Origin: an uncultured Gemmatimonadales bacterium
GTDB lineage: Bacteria; Gemmatimonadota; Gemmatimonadetes; Longimicrobiales; RSA9
Direction: 5' to 3'
NCBI GenBank assembly: GCA_963708135.1
Contig: OY970192.1
Location: 1,312,001-1,376,000, forward strand
Length of the DNA: 64,000 nt
Shown here: positions 31,377 to 40,004 of the stretch, one piece after another
How the letters are laid out: each line of letters opens with the position of its first letter
Position numbering within the stretch: position 1 is the first letter of the stretch
The notes under the pieces: generated by a model
What the model saw: the letters and a program-made list of their open reading frames with translations, nothing else
The model's database searches: none
Told to the model about the DNA's origin: nothing
Program-made: the position numbers and the translations under genes

Positions 31377-31685
31377 ATGTGCCTGGGAGTGCCGGGACGC
31401 GTGGTCGAGGTGCACGGGCAGACCGCGATCGTGGACTTCTTCGGGGTACGCCGCGAGACGCGGCTGGATGTGGTCGATGAGCCGGTCGCGCCCGGGGACT
31501 ACATCCTGAACCACGTCGGCTTTGCGATCCGCAAGATCCCGGCGGAGGAGATCCAGGAGACGCTGGCGCTCTACGAGCTGCTGCTCCGGGAGGCGGAAGG
31601 GGACGTGATGGCGGCCGACGTCCGCGGCGAGATGGAGGCGGGCGGCTGGGCGGCGGTCCCACCGCAGGCGGGGTCCGATGGCTAG
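31377..31685 (+). CDS. hypC: Hydrogenase maturation chaperone
   Basis: MCLGVPG start; GDYILNHVGFAI. Confidence 0.95.
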   Translation: MCLGVPGRVVEVHGQTAIVDFFGVRRETRLDVVDEPVAPGDYILNHVGFAIRKIPAEEIQETLALYELLLREAEGDVMAADVRGEMEAGGWAAVPPQAGSDG

Positions 31686-32826
31686 CGCCACGGAGCTGCG
31701 TGGCGGGGCGGGGGCGCAGCTCGATGAGCTGAAGTTCCGCGATCCCGCCAAGGCGCGGGAGCTTTCGGCCGCGCTCGCGCGGGTGTGCGAGACGATCGGC
31801 CGGGCGCCGATCTCGGTCATGCACGTATGCGGCAGCCACGAGCAGTCGATCGCGAAGTACGGTCTGCGCGCGGTGCTGCCGGAGGCGCTGGACGTGATCA
31901 TGGGCCCGGGCTGCCCCGTGTGCGTGACGGACCTCCCGGAGGTGGACGAGGCAGTAGTGCTCGCGGAACAGGGGGTGAGGATCGCGACGTACGGCGACAT
32001 GCTCCGGGTGCCGGGCACGGCGAAGTCGCTCCTGGAGGCCCAGGCGGAGGGGGCGCACATCGACGTCGTCTACGGCGCGGCGCAGGCGGTGGAGCTGGCG
32101 CGCGGGACGAGCGAGGAGGTGGTCTTCTTCGCGACTGGCTTCGAGACGACGGCGGTCGCGACCGCGGCGCTCGTGCTCTCGGACCCTCCGCCGAACTTCT
32201 CGGTGCTCTCGGCGCACAAGTACATCCCGCCGGCGATGGAGATCGTGGCGGAAATGCCCGAGAGCCGGGTGGAGGGGTTTCTGGCCGCGGGGCACGCGGC
32301 CGCGATCACGGGCTGGGGGATCTTCGAGCGGTTCGTGGAGCGCCACGGCATTCCCGTGGTGGTGGCCGGCTTCGAGCCGCTGGACATCCTGGCCGGGCTT
32401 GTCCAGCTGGTGGAGCTCATCCGCGACGGCAGGGCGGAGGTCCGCAACGCCTTCCCGCGCTGCGTGACGAAGCAGGGCAACGTCAACGCGCAGCGGCAGC
32501 TCTGGCAGGTGTTCCGTTCGACGGGCGGACAGTGGCGCGGCATCGCGCACGTGCCGAACGGCAACCTTCGCCTGAGGGATGCCTACGCGCAGCTGGACGC
32601 GCGTCGCCGCTTCGACATCGACCTGCGCCGGTTCTGGAGCATGGCGCCGCCGGCGCTCACGCAGACGTGCATCTGCGGGGACATCATGGCAGGGACCCGC
32701 TCTCCGTCGGACTGCCCGCTGTTCGGCAAGGAGTGCGTGCCGGACGCGCCCGTGGGCGCCTGCATGGTGAGCAGCGAAGGCACGTGCCGCATCTGGCACC
32801 AGTACGGGGGGCATCCGAAGCTATGA
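31678..32826 (+). CDS. hypD: Hydrogenase maturation Fe-S scaffold
   Basis: CGSHE, GPGCPVC, GFETT, GFEPLD and C-terminal Cys cluster CMVSSEGTC. Confidence 0.96.
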   Translation: MASATELRGGAGAQLDELKFRDPAKARELSAALARVCETIGRAPISVMHVCGSHEQSIAKYGLRAVLPEALDVIMGPGCPVCVTDLPEVDEAVVLAEQGVRIATYGDMLRVPGTAKSLLEAQAEGAHIDVVYGAAQAVELARGTSEEVVFFATGFETTAVATAALVLSDPPPNFSVLSAHKYIPPAMEIVAEMPESRVEGFLAAGHAAAITGWGIFERFVERHGIPVVVAGFEPLDILAGLVQLVELIRDGRAEVRNAFPRCVTKQGNVNAQRQLWQVFRSTGGQWRGIAHVPNGNLRLRDAYAQLDARRRFDIDLRRFWSMAPPALTQTCICGDIMAGTRSPSDCPLFGKECVPDAPVGACMVSSEGTCRIWHQYGGHPKL

Positions 32827-33878
32827 GCGCGACCGACGCCTGTGTGGTGACGCTGGGCCGCGAGGAGCGCGTGCTGATGAAGCATGGCGCCGGCGGGCGG
32901 GCAATGCGGCGGCTGATCGAGAGCACGCTGACGCCGCAGTTCATCGGGCAGCCTGTGGACGGAGTGGGTCTCGCCGCGTTCGACGACGGCGCCGCCCTGC
33001 GGATCGGCGACCAGTGGCTGGTGGTCACCACGGATTCGCACGTGGTGCAGCCGATCTTCTTCCCGGGCGGCGACATCGGGCGCCTCTCGGTCTCCGGCAC
33101 TGTGAACGATCTCGCGATGATGGGGGCGGTCGAGCCGCTCGGCATCACGTGCGCGCTGATCGTCGAGGAGGGCTTCCCGATGGCGGACCTCGAGCGGATC
33201 CACCGCTCCATGGCGGCGGCGTGCGAGGAAGCCGGCGCCGCGATCGTCACCGGCGACACGAAGGTGATGGGGAGGGGCGAGCTGGACGGGGTCGTCCTGA
33301 ACACCACCGGCGTGGCGCTGACGCGGCGCTACATCCCCGACGCCGGCCTGCGGCCGGGGGATCGGATCCTCGTGACGGGCACGATCGGGGACCATGGCAT
33401 CGCGCTGATGGCTGCGCGCAAGGGGTTCGGTCTCGATGCCGACCTCGTTTCCGACGTCGCCCCGATCAACGGGCTGATCCGGGCCGCCCTCGAGGCCGCC
33501 GGCGATGCCGTCACGGCCATGAAGGATCCCACGCGGGGCGGCGTGGCCAGCGCGCTCCACGAGATGGCGCAGAAATCCGGAGTCGGCATCGTGGTGGACG
33601 AGGCGGCGGTGCCCGTGAGCGGCGTCGTGGCGGCGGCCGCCGAGATGCTGGGGCTCGACCCGCTCCAGATCGCGAACGAGGGCAAGGCGGTGCTGGGCGT
33701 TCGCGCCGACGCGGCCGAGCGCGTGCTGACGGCGCTGCGCGCCCATCCCCTCGGCGCCAACGCGGCGATTATCGGCTCGTGCACGACGGAGCACGCCGGT
33801 CAGCTGGTGCTGGACACCGGGTTCGGCCGCCGGCTCCTCTCGGAGCCCGAGGGCGAGCCGCTCCCTCGCATCTGCTGA
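32823..33878 (+). CDS. hypE: Carbamoyl dehydratase
   Basis: HGAGG, TVNDLAM, GDTKV, DPTRGG, ANEG; C-terminal PRIC. Confidence 0.96.
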   Translation: MSATDACVVTLGREERVLMKHGAGGRAMRRLIESTLTPQFIGQPVDGVGLAAFDDGAALRIGDQWLVVTTDSHVVQPIFFPGGDIGRLSVSGTVNDLAMMGAVEPLGITCALIVEEGFPMADLERIHRSMAAACEEAGAAIVTGDTKVMGRGELDGVVLNTTGVALTRRYIPDAGLRPGDRILVTGTIGDHGIALMAARKGFGLDADLVSDVAPINGLIRAALEAAGDAVTAMKDPTRGGVASALHEMAQKSGVGIVVDEAAVPVSGVVAAAAEMLGLDPLQIANEGKAVLGVRADAAERVLTALRAHPLGANAAIIGSCTTEHAGQLVLDTGFGRRLLSEPEGEPLPRIC

Positions 33879-33888
33879 GGACCGCACC

Positions 33889-34656
33889 ATGATCGCGGAC
33901 GGCCGGCGGCGACTGCGCGTGGCGGTGCTCTTCTCGCACCGCGCCCCCGGCCTCGACTACGTGCTCGAGGCGGACCCCGGACGCGGGCCGCTGTACGAGC
34001 TGGTCGCGTGTGTGACGAGCGAGCCGGCGAACGCGGAGCACGGTCGCCTCGCGGAGCAGGGCGTGCCGCTCCTCGCCCACGACATCCACGCCTTCCACCA
34101 GGCGCGCGGCGCGCCTCTCTCCGACCCGGACGTCCGGCGCGCGTACGACGCGGCGATGGCGACGCTCCTCGAGCCGTTCGCGCCCGACCTCGTCGTCCTG
34201 TGTGCGTACCTCTACCTCGTTGGTGAGCCGCTGCTGGGCGCCTTCGAGGGGCGGATCGTGAACATCCACGATGCCGACCTCCGCTTGCGCGATGCCGACG
34301 GCAGGCCTCGGTATCCGGGGCTCCACGCCGTGCGCGATGCCATCCTCGCCGGGGAGAAGGACACGCGGAGCACGGTGCACATGGTGACGGCCGACCTCGA
34401 CGCGGGACCGGTCGTCACGGTGTCGCGCGCGTTCCCGGTGCATCAGCGCTTGGTCCGTGAGGCGTGCGCCACCGGCGCCACGGACGCACTGAAGGCCTAC
34501 GCGTACGCGCACCGCGAGTGGATGATGCGCCTCAGCTGGGGGCCGCTGCTCTCCAGGGTGCTCGAGAAGGCCGCAATGAGCCGCAATCACCGCCTGTTAC
34601 GCGAGCGCCCCCAGGTCGCGCCGCGTGCCCTCCCGCCAGCTCCGGCGGAGCCGTGA
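33889..34656 (+). CDS. N10-formyl-THF-dependent formyltransferase (PurN fold); putative HypX N-module equivalent
   Basis: PDLVVL, IVNIHDADL, YPGLHA, TVHMV...DAGP; directly after hypE. Confidence 0.85.
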   Translation: MIADGRRRLRVAVLFSHRAPGLDYVLEADPGRGPLYELVACVTSEPANAEHGRLAEQGVPLLAHDIHAFHQARGAPLSDPDVRRAYDAAMATLLEPFAPDLVVLCAYLYLVGEPLLGAFEGRIVNIHDADLRLRDADGRPRYPGLHAVRDAILAGEKDTRSTVHMVTADLDAGPVVTVSRAFPVHQRLVREACATGATDALKAYAYAHREWMMRLSWGPLLSRVLEKAAMSRNHRLLRERPQVAPRALPPAPAEP

Positions 34657-34679
34657 GCCGAGCGCGCGAGGGGGCGTCC

Positions 34680-35510
34680 ATGCCGAACATCCGCGTCGAG
34701 CACGACGGCGCCGTCGGCATCCTCACCATCGCCCGCCGGGAGCGCTTCAACTCCCTCGACGTCAGGACCGCGCAGGACTTCCGGCGCGCCGGCATCCAGC
34801 TCGCGCGGGATTCGGCGGTCCGGTGCGTGGTGCTGCGGGGCGAGGGCGGCGTGTTCTGCAGCGGTGCGGACCTGAAGTACATACGGGAGCGCGGCGAGGC
34901 CTCCGACTTCTCCTACCTCCAGCCGGAAGGTGGTGCGCCGGCAAAGGGTTACGGCGAGAGCTTCAAGCAGATTCTCGAGTACATCCACAGCACGATCTCC
35001 GAGATCGAGCGGGCCCCGAAACCCTTTATCGCGGCGGTGGATGGCATCGCCGCGGCCGGGGGGTTCGGCATCGCCATGGCGTGCGATCTCGTCTTTGCCT
35101 CCCGGAGCGCGGCCTTCGAGTGGGCCTACCATAAGACGGGCCTCACGGGCGCGGAGAGCTCGACCTTCTTCCTTCCGCGTCTGGTCGGTCTGCGGCAGGC
35201 GCTCGAGCTGGTCCTCCTCAATCCGCGGCTCGACGCGGAGGAAGCATTGCGCCGCGGCCTGATCACGGGCGTGCTCGAGGACGACGGCTTCCACGAGGCG
35301 GTGCTCGCGGTGGCGCGCCGGCTCGCCGAGGGGCCGACGGAGGCGTACGGCATCGCGAAGTCGCTGATCCACCGGGCGGCGGGCGTGGAGCAGCTCGACT
35401 ATCACCTGGACGAGGAGCTGCGGAGTCTGGCGCGGATCGCGGAGGGGCGTGACTTCGCCGAAGGGCTGGAGGCGTTCTTCGGGAAGCGGAAGCCGGACTT
35501 CGGCGGCTAG
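34680..35510 (+). CDS. Enoyl-CoA hydratase/isomerase-fold protein; putative HypX C-module equivalent
   Basis: FCSGADL, KPFIAAVDGIAAAGG, ACD; unusual AYHKTGLTGAES segment. Confidence 0.85.
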   Translation: MPNIRVEHDGAVGILTIARRERFNSLDVRTAQDFRRAGIQLARDSAVRCVVLRGEGGVFCSGADLKYIRERGEASDFSYLQPEGGAPAKGYGESFKQILEYIHSTISEIERAPKPFIAAVDGIAAAGGFGIAMACDLVFASRSAAFEWAYHKTGLTGAESSTFFLPRLVGLRQALELVLLNPRLDAEEALRRGLITGVLEDDGFHEAVLAVARRLAEGPTEAYGIAKSLIHRAAGVEQLDYHLDEELRSLARIAEGRDFAEGLEAFFGKRKPDFGG

Positions 35511-35514
35511 CGGC

Positions 35515-37839
35515 TCACTGCCGCGCCTTCGCATACGCCACCACGGCCTGGCCGAGTGCCAGGCCGCCGTCGTTTGGCGGGACGAGCCGGTGCGTGTAGA
35601 CCTCGAAGCCGGCCGCGCCGAGTCGCTCGCTCAGCCGGTCCGTCAGGAGCGCGCTCTGGAAGCAGCCGCCGCTCAGGCACACCCGCTCGATTCCGGTCGC
35701 ATGCCCCACGAGCGTGCAGAGGCGGGCGGTCGCGGCGGCGACCGTGTTGTGGAACGCGCCGGCGATCGCGGACACCGGCACCCCGGCGCGGTGGTCCTGC
35801 CACAAGGCCCGCAGCGTCGGCGCCGGATCCAGGACGTGCACACCGCCATCGGCGGTCAGGATGTCGAAGGGGTAGACGACATCGCATGCCGCATCCGCCA
35901 CAGCCTCGAGCCGGACCGCCGGCTCTCCCTCGTACGCGGCCCGGGTGCAGACGCCCAGCAGCGCGGAGACGGCGTCGAAGAGGCGCCCGCAGGACGAGGT
36001 CATCGGCGAGTTCAGGCGCAGCTCCAGCTGCCGCCGCAGCACCTGCCGCTCGAGGCCCGCGAAGCGCTCGAAGAACGGCTCCAGCCGCTCCTCCGCCTCC
36101 GGCAGCATCTCCCACAGATACGCGGCGGCCATGCGGTCGGGGCGCCGGATCGCGGCCTCGCCGCCGAGCATCGGCACGGTCCGCAGGTGCGCCGCGCGCC
36201 TGAAGTCGGACCAGTCGGCCACGAGCACCTCGCCGCCCCACACCGTGCCGTCGGTGCCGTAGCCCGTCCCGTCGTACGCCACGCCGATGACGGGACCGAC
36301 CAGCCCGTTCTCCGCCATGCACGCCGCGATGTGCGCGTGGTGGTGCTGAACGGCGACGCGCAGCTCGCCGTCGGACGCGAGGCGCGCCGCGAGCAGGGTT
36401 GACATGTAGTCGGGGTGCATGTCGTGCGCGATGATACGCGGGTGGACGCGGAAGAGGTCGCGGTAGAGCTCGAGCGAGCCCGTGAAGTGCTCCAGGGTCT
36501 CGAGGTTCTCGAGGTCGCCGATGTGCTGGCTGAGAAACGCCTTGGACCCCTTCACGAGGCAGAAGGCGCTCTTCTGCTGGCCTCCGCACGCCAGGATGTC
36601 CGCGGCCGCGGAGAAGGGAAGGTCCACGGGCGCGGGCGCGAGCCCCCGCGAGCGCCGGATCGGCGTCGGCGTCTCGCCGAGCACGCGCACGACGGAGTCG
36701 TCGTAGCGCGCGCGGATGTCGCGGTCGTGGAGCAGGAAGGCGTCCGCCACGTCGGAGAGGCGGTCGAGCGCCTCCGCGTTCCCGATGGCGATCGGCTCCT
36801 CGCTCAGATTGCCGCTCGTCATGACCAGCGGCCCGTCGAAGGCCGCGACCAGCAGATGGTGGAGCGGCGTGTAGGGCAGCATGAGCCCGACCGTATCGAG
36901 GCCGGGCGCGACGGCCGGGGCAAGGCCCGAATCGGCACGGGCACGGACGAGCACGATCGGGCGCTCCCGCGAGCAGAGCACCGCCGCCTCGACGCCGGTG
37001 AGCTCCGCCACCCGTTCCGCCTGCAGCCGGTCGGCGACCATGACGGCCAGCGGCTTGCCGTAGCGGTGCTTCCGCTCCCGCAGCCGGGAGACCGCCGCCT
37101 CGTCCCGGGCATCGCAGGCGAGGTGGAAGCCGCCGAGCCCCTTCAGCGCGACGACGGCGCCCTCGCGCAGCAGCGCGGCGGCACCCGCGATCGGATCGCC
37201 CTCCGGTGCGGGCCGTCCCGGCGCGTGGAGCCAGACCTTCGGCCCGCACGTCGGGCAGGCGACCGGCTGCGCGTGGAAGCGTCGGTCGCGCGGGTCCTCG
37301 TATTCGCGCCGGCACGCCTCGCACAGCGCGAACTCTCGCATGGTCGTGCGCGCCCGGTCGTAGGGCATGCTCTCGATGATCGTGAAGCGAGGCCCGCAGT
37401 GCGTGCAGTTGATGAAGGGATAGAGGTAGCGGCGGTCGGCGGGGTCGAAGAGCTCGCGCAGGCAGTCGTCGCACGTCGCCACGTCGGGCGAGATGTTCTG
37501 CCAGCCGAAGTCCTGCCTGCTGGTGCGGATCTCGAAGGTTTCGAACCCCTCCGGCTCGTGCGGCTCGGCCACCACGGTCTCGATGCGGGCGAGCGGCGGG
37601 GGATCGCGGCGGAGATCCTGGAGGAACGTCTCGAGCGAGGGCGCGGCCCCCTCCACGTGGATCTCGACGAGCTCGGCCGTGTTGCGGACCCAGCCGCTCA
37701 GGGCGTGCTCCTCCGCGAGGCGGAAGACGAACGGGCGGAAGCCGACCCCCTGTACGGTGCCCGTGATCCGGACGCGCAGCCCCGAGAGCGGAGCCGATCC
37801 ACGACGGGTGCCGCCCTCGGCGGCGCGCGTTCGGTGCAC
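35515..37839 (-). CDS. hypF: Carbamoyltransferase
   Basis: GTVQGVGFRP acylphosphatase domain; Zn fingers; QHHHAH; DGTGYG; NDGG; start uncertain. Confidence 0.96.
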   Translation of the reverse strand: MHRTRAAEGGTRRGSAPLSGLRVRITGTVQGVGFRPFVFRLAEEHALSGWVRNTAELVEIHVEGAAPSLETFLQDLRRDPPPLARIETVVAEPHEPEGFETFEIRTSRQDFGWQNISPDVATCDDCLRELFDPADRRYLYPFINCTHCGPRFTIIESMPYDRARTTMREFALCEACRREYEDPRDRRFHAQPVACPTCGPKVWLHAPGRPAPEGDPIAGAAALLREGAVVALKGLGGFHLACDARDEAAVSRLRERKHRYGKPLAVMVADRLQAERVAELTGVEAAVLCSRERPIVLVRARADSGLAPAVAPGLDTVGLMLPYTPLHHLLVAAFDGPLVMTSGNLSEEPIAIGNAEALDRLSDVADAFLLHDRDIRARYDDSVVRVLGETPTPIRRSRGLAPAPVDLPFSAAADILACGGQQKSAFCLVKGSKAFLSQHIGDLENLETLEHFTGSLELYRDLFRVHPRIIAHDMHPDYMSTLLAARLASDGELRVAVQHHHAHIAACMAENGLVGPVIGVAYDGTGYGTDGTVWGGEVLVADWSDFRRAAHLRTVPMLGGEAAIRRPDRMAAAYLWEMLPEAEERLEPFFERFAGLERQVLRRQLELRLNSPMTSSCGRLFDAVSALLGVCTRAAYEGEPAVRLEAVADAACDVVYPFDILTADGGVHVLDPAPTLRALWQDHRAGVPVSAIAGAFHNTVAAATARLCTLVGHATGIERVCLSGGCFQSALLTDRLSERLGAAGFEVYTHRLVPPNDGGLALGQAVVAYAKARQ

Positions 37840-37844
37840 GGCCC

Positions 37845-38522
37845 TCAGCCCGTCACGACGCGCGTTCTGACCTGCGTACGCAGGAAATCGTACCATTCCT
37901 CCAGCCCCGCGCCGGTGAGCGCGGAGGTGAAGAAGAAGCGCAGGTCCGGGTTGATCTCGCGCGCGAACGCCACGGCCTTGTCCATATCGTAGGGCAGGTA
38001 CGGTAGCAGATCGATCTTGTTGATGATGGCGTAGCGCGCCCGGCGAAACATCGACGGGTACTTGAGCGGCTTGTCCTCGCCCTCCGTGACGGACAGGACG
38101 ACGACCTTCGAGTCCTCCCCCAGATCCCAGCTCGCGGGGCAGACCAGGTTGCCGACGTTCTCGATGAAGAGCAGTCCGGTCTCATCGAGGTCGATGGCCT
38201 CGAGAGCCGTGGCCACCTGGCGCGCGTCGAGATGGCACGCTCCGCCGGTCACGACCGCCTGAACCAGGCGCTCCGTGTGCCGGGCCAGCCGGTCCGCGTC
38301 GTTCTGCGTCTGCACGTCCCCCGTCACCACCGCCGCGCGAAGCTCCGTGCCGACATCGGCCAGCGTCCGCTCCAGCAGCGCGGTTTTCCCGGACCCCGGC
38401 GAGGAAACCAGGTTGAAGGTGGTGACGCCGGCATCGGCAAGGCGACGGCGCACGTCCCGCGCGATCTCGTCGTTCTTCGCCAGGACCCGCTCCCTCACCT
38501 CAATCGTCCGGACCGCCATCAT
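37845..38522 (-). CDS. hypB: Nickel-insertion GTPase
   Basis: SSPGSGKT, ACHLDA, ENVGNLVCP, EGEDKPLKYP, NKID; no His-rich N-terminus. Confidence 0.96.
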   Translation of the reverse strand: MMAVRTIEVRERVLAKNDEIARDVRRRLADAGVTTFNLVSSPGSGKTALLERTLADVGTELRAAVVTGDVQTQNDADRLARHTERLVQAVVTGGACHLDARQVATALEAIDLDETGLLFIENVGNLVCPASWDLGEDSKVVVLSVTEGEDKPLKYPSMFRRARYAIINKIDLLPYLPYDMDKAVAFAREINPDLRFFFTSALTGAGLEEWYDFLRTQVRTRVVTG

Positions 38523-38760
38523 CCACCTCCAGGTAGCTCACGCGCAGCACGTCACCCGGCAGCCGCAGCAGCACCGGGCGTGCCGCCACAAAGGGCGGCT
38601 GCGTCAGCAGCGCGTCGAGACAGAACTCCAGGTTCTCGGCCTCGAGGCCCGCGTCATCACCGACCTCGACCCCGACTTCCACCACCGACGGGAGCGTCGC
38701 GAGGCCGACCTGCTCCTCCACGATGCGGCAGACCTCCATCGCGACGCTCATCTCATGCAT
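38500..38760 (-). CDS. hypA: Nickel chaperone HypA, truncated form lacking the Zn-binding CxxC pairs
   Basis: MHEMS start; EVG..AGLEAENLEFC; G-x-x-LRVSYLEV C-terminal strand. Confidence 0.85.
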   Translation of the reverse strand: MHEMSVAMEVCRIVEEQVGLATLPSVVEVGVEVGDDAGLEAENLEFCLDALLTQPPFVAARPVLLRLPGDVLRVSYLEVDDGGPDD

Positions 38761-39265
38761 ACGCCCGCTCCCGGAGGCGCCGCAACGCATGGCCCTCCCC
38801 GCGCAGCCGCTCGGCCACGGCCTCGACCAGCGCCGGCAGGCCGCGCTCCAGAACCGGGCTCAGCTCGACCTGCATCTCCAGGACTGCGGGCTGCAGGCCC
38901 ATGGCCGCGGTGCGGGCAGGGAGGGTGCCGCGCCACTCCGCCAGCGCCAGCACCTCGCGCAGGTCGATCTGGTGCGGCGAGAGCTTGTGGCCGAAGTAGC
39001 GTGGGATCTCCTCGCGCTCGAGCACGATCTGCGTGCCCGGCGCGGTCCGCAGGTCGATCGCGTCGAGGAAGAGCAGGCTCTCCGCCTCCTCGATCATCGG
39101 CAGCAGGTTCATCCCCCAGGTCCCGCCATCGAGCACCTCGACCGTGGACGGCAGCTCCCAGTCCTGAACGAGACGGGCCAGGGCGGCAAGCCCCAGCCCG
39201 TCGTCGCCCATGAGCGGGTTGCCCAGGCCGATCACCGTGATCCGGCCCGGGCTTGCCTCAGTCAT
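38753..39265 (-). CDS. hyaD: Hydrogenase maturation endopeptidase (HyaD/HupD/HybD)
   Basis: GLGNPLMGDDGLG, LDGGT, DAID, SPHQ. Confidence 0.93.
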   Translation of the reverse strand: MTEASPGRITVIGLGNPLMGDDGLGLAALARLVQDWELPSTVEVLDGGTWGMNLLPMIEEAESLLFLDAIDLRTAPGTQIVLEREEIPRYFGHKLSPHQIDLREVLALAEWRGTLPARTAAMGLQPAVLEMQVELSPVLERGLPALVEAVAERLRGEGHALRRLRERAYA

Positions 39266-40004
39266 CCGTGTACTCCCGGTCCTCCGGTACGAACCGGCCA
39301 CCGCTGATGATCGAGGAGATCGTGCCCGTGCGTTCCACGACCTCCGCCCGCAGCGCCAGGTAGACGTGGATCGGAATGAAGATCAGGAAGACCCACGTCA
39401 GCACGTGGTGCACGAACCGCACGACCTGCATCCCGCCGAACAGCGGGCCCACCCAGTTGAACAGGTGGAAGAACAGCCCGTTCGGGTTCGACTGGCCGTA
39501 CATGGCGAACCCCGTCACCACCATGATCGCCGCCAGCAGATAGATGCCCGTATACGAGAGCTGCTGCAGCGGGTTGTGCCCGAGGTAGTGCGGCTCATCG
39601 TGATCGATCAGCAGGTAGTAGCGCGCCATCTTGACGAGGTTCTTCCAGTCCCGCCCGCGCACCGGGAAGAGCGCTCTCCAGCGCTCGAACTTGTTCCCCG
39701 CGAACAGCCAATAGAACCGCAGGATGGCTGTGGCCACGAGCACGCCCGCCGCGCTGAAGTGGACCAGCCGCACCCAGCCCATCATGAAGTGCTCGCTCGC
39801 GGCACCGCTCGGGAAGAAGTACGGCCTCCCGATGTAGAAGCCGGTCACCGCGAGCGTCAGGATGCAGCCGACGGCGATCCAGTGCATCGCGCGGATCGGC
39901 CACTGCCACAGGTAGACCCAGCGATACTCCCCGCTCGGCGGAGGGACCGGGTGCGCGATTCCTCGCGCACCCGGCTCGGCGATCGTCTGCTCGAGCTTCG
40001 TCAT
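39258..40004 (-). CDS. hyaC: Ni/Fe-hydrogenase cytochrome b subunit
   Basis: PIRAMHW, RLVHF, GHNPLQ, FVHH, IHVY. Confidence 0.93.
   Translation of the reverse strand: MTKLEQTIAEPGARGIAHPVPPPSGEYRWVYLWQWPIRAMHWIAVGCILTLAVTGFYIGRPYFFPSGAASEHFMMGWVRLVHFSAAGVLVATAILRFYWLFAGNKFERWRALFPVRGRDWKNLVKMARYYLLIDHDEPHYLGHNPLQQLSYTGIYLLAAIMVVTGFAMYGQSNPNGLFFHLFNWVGPLFGGMQVVRFVHHVLTWVFLIFIPIHVYLALRAEVVERTGTISSIISGGRFVPEDREYTDD

Noticed and set aside
33889..34656. Plain purN or purU call
   Set aside because: No pur genes nearby, no ACT domain, atypical NIHDADL and N-terminal loop; the hyp context favours another role, though PurN activity is not excluded
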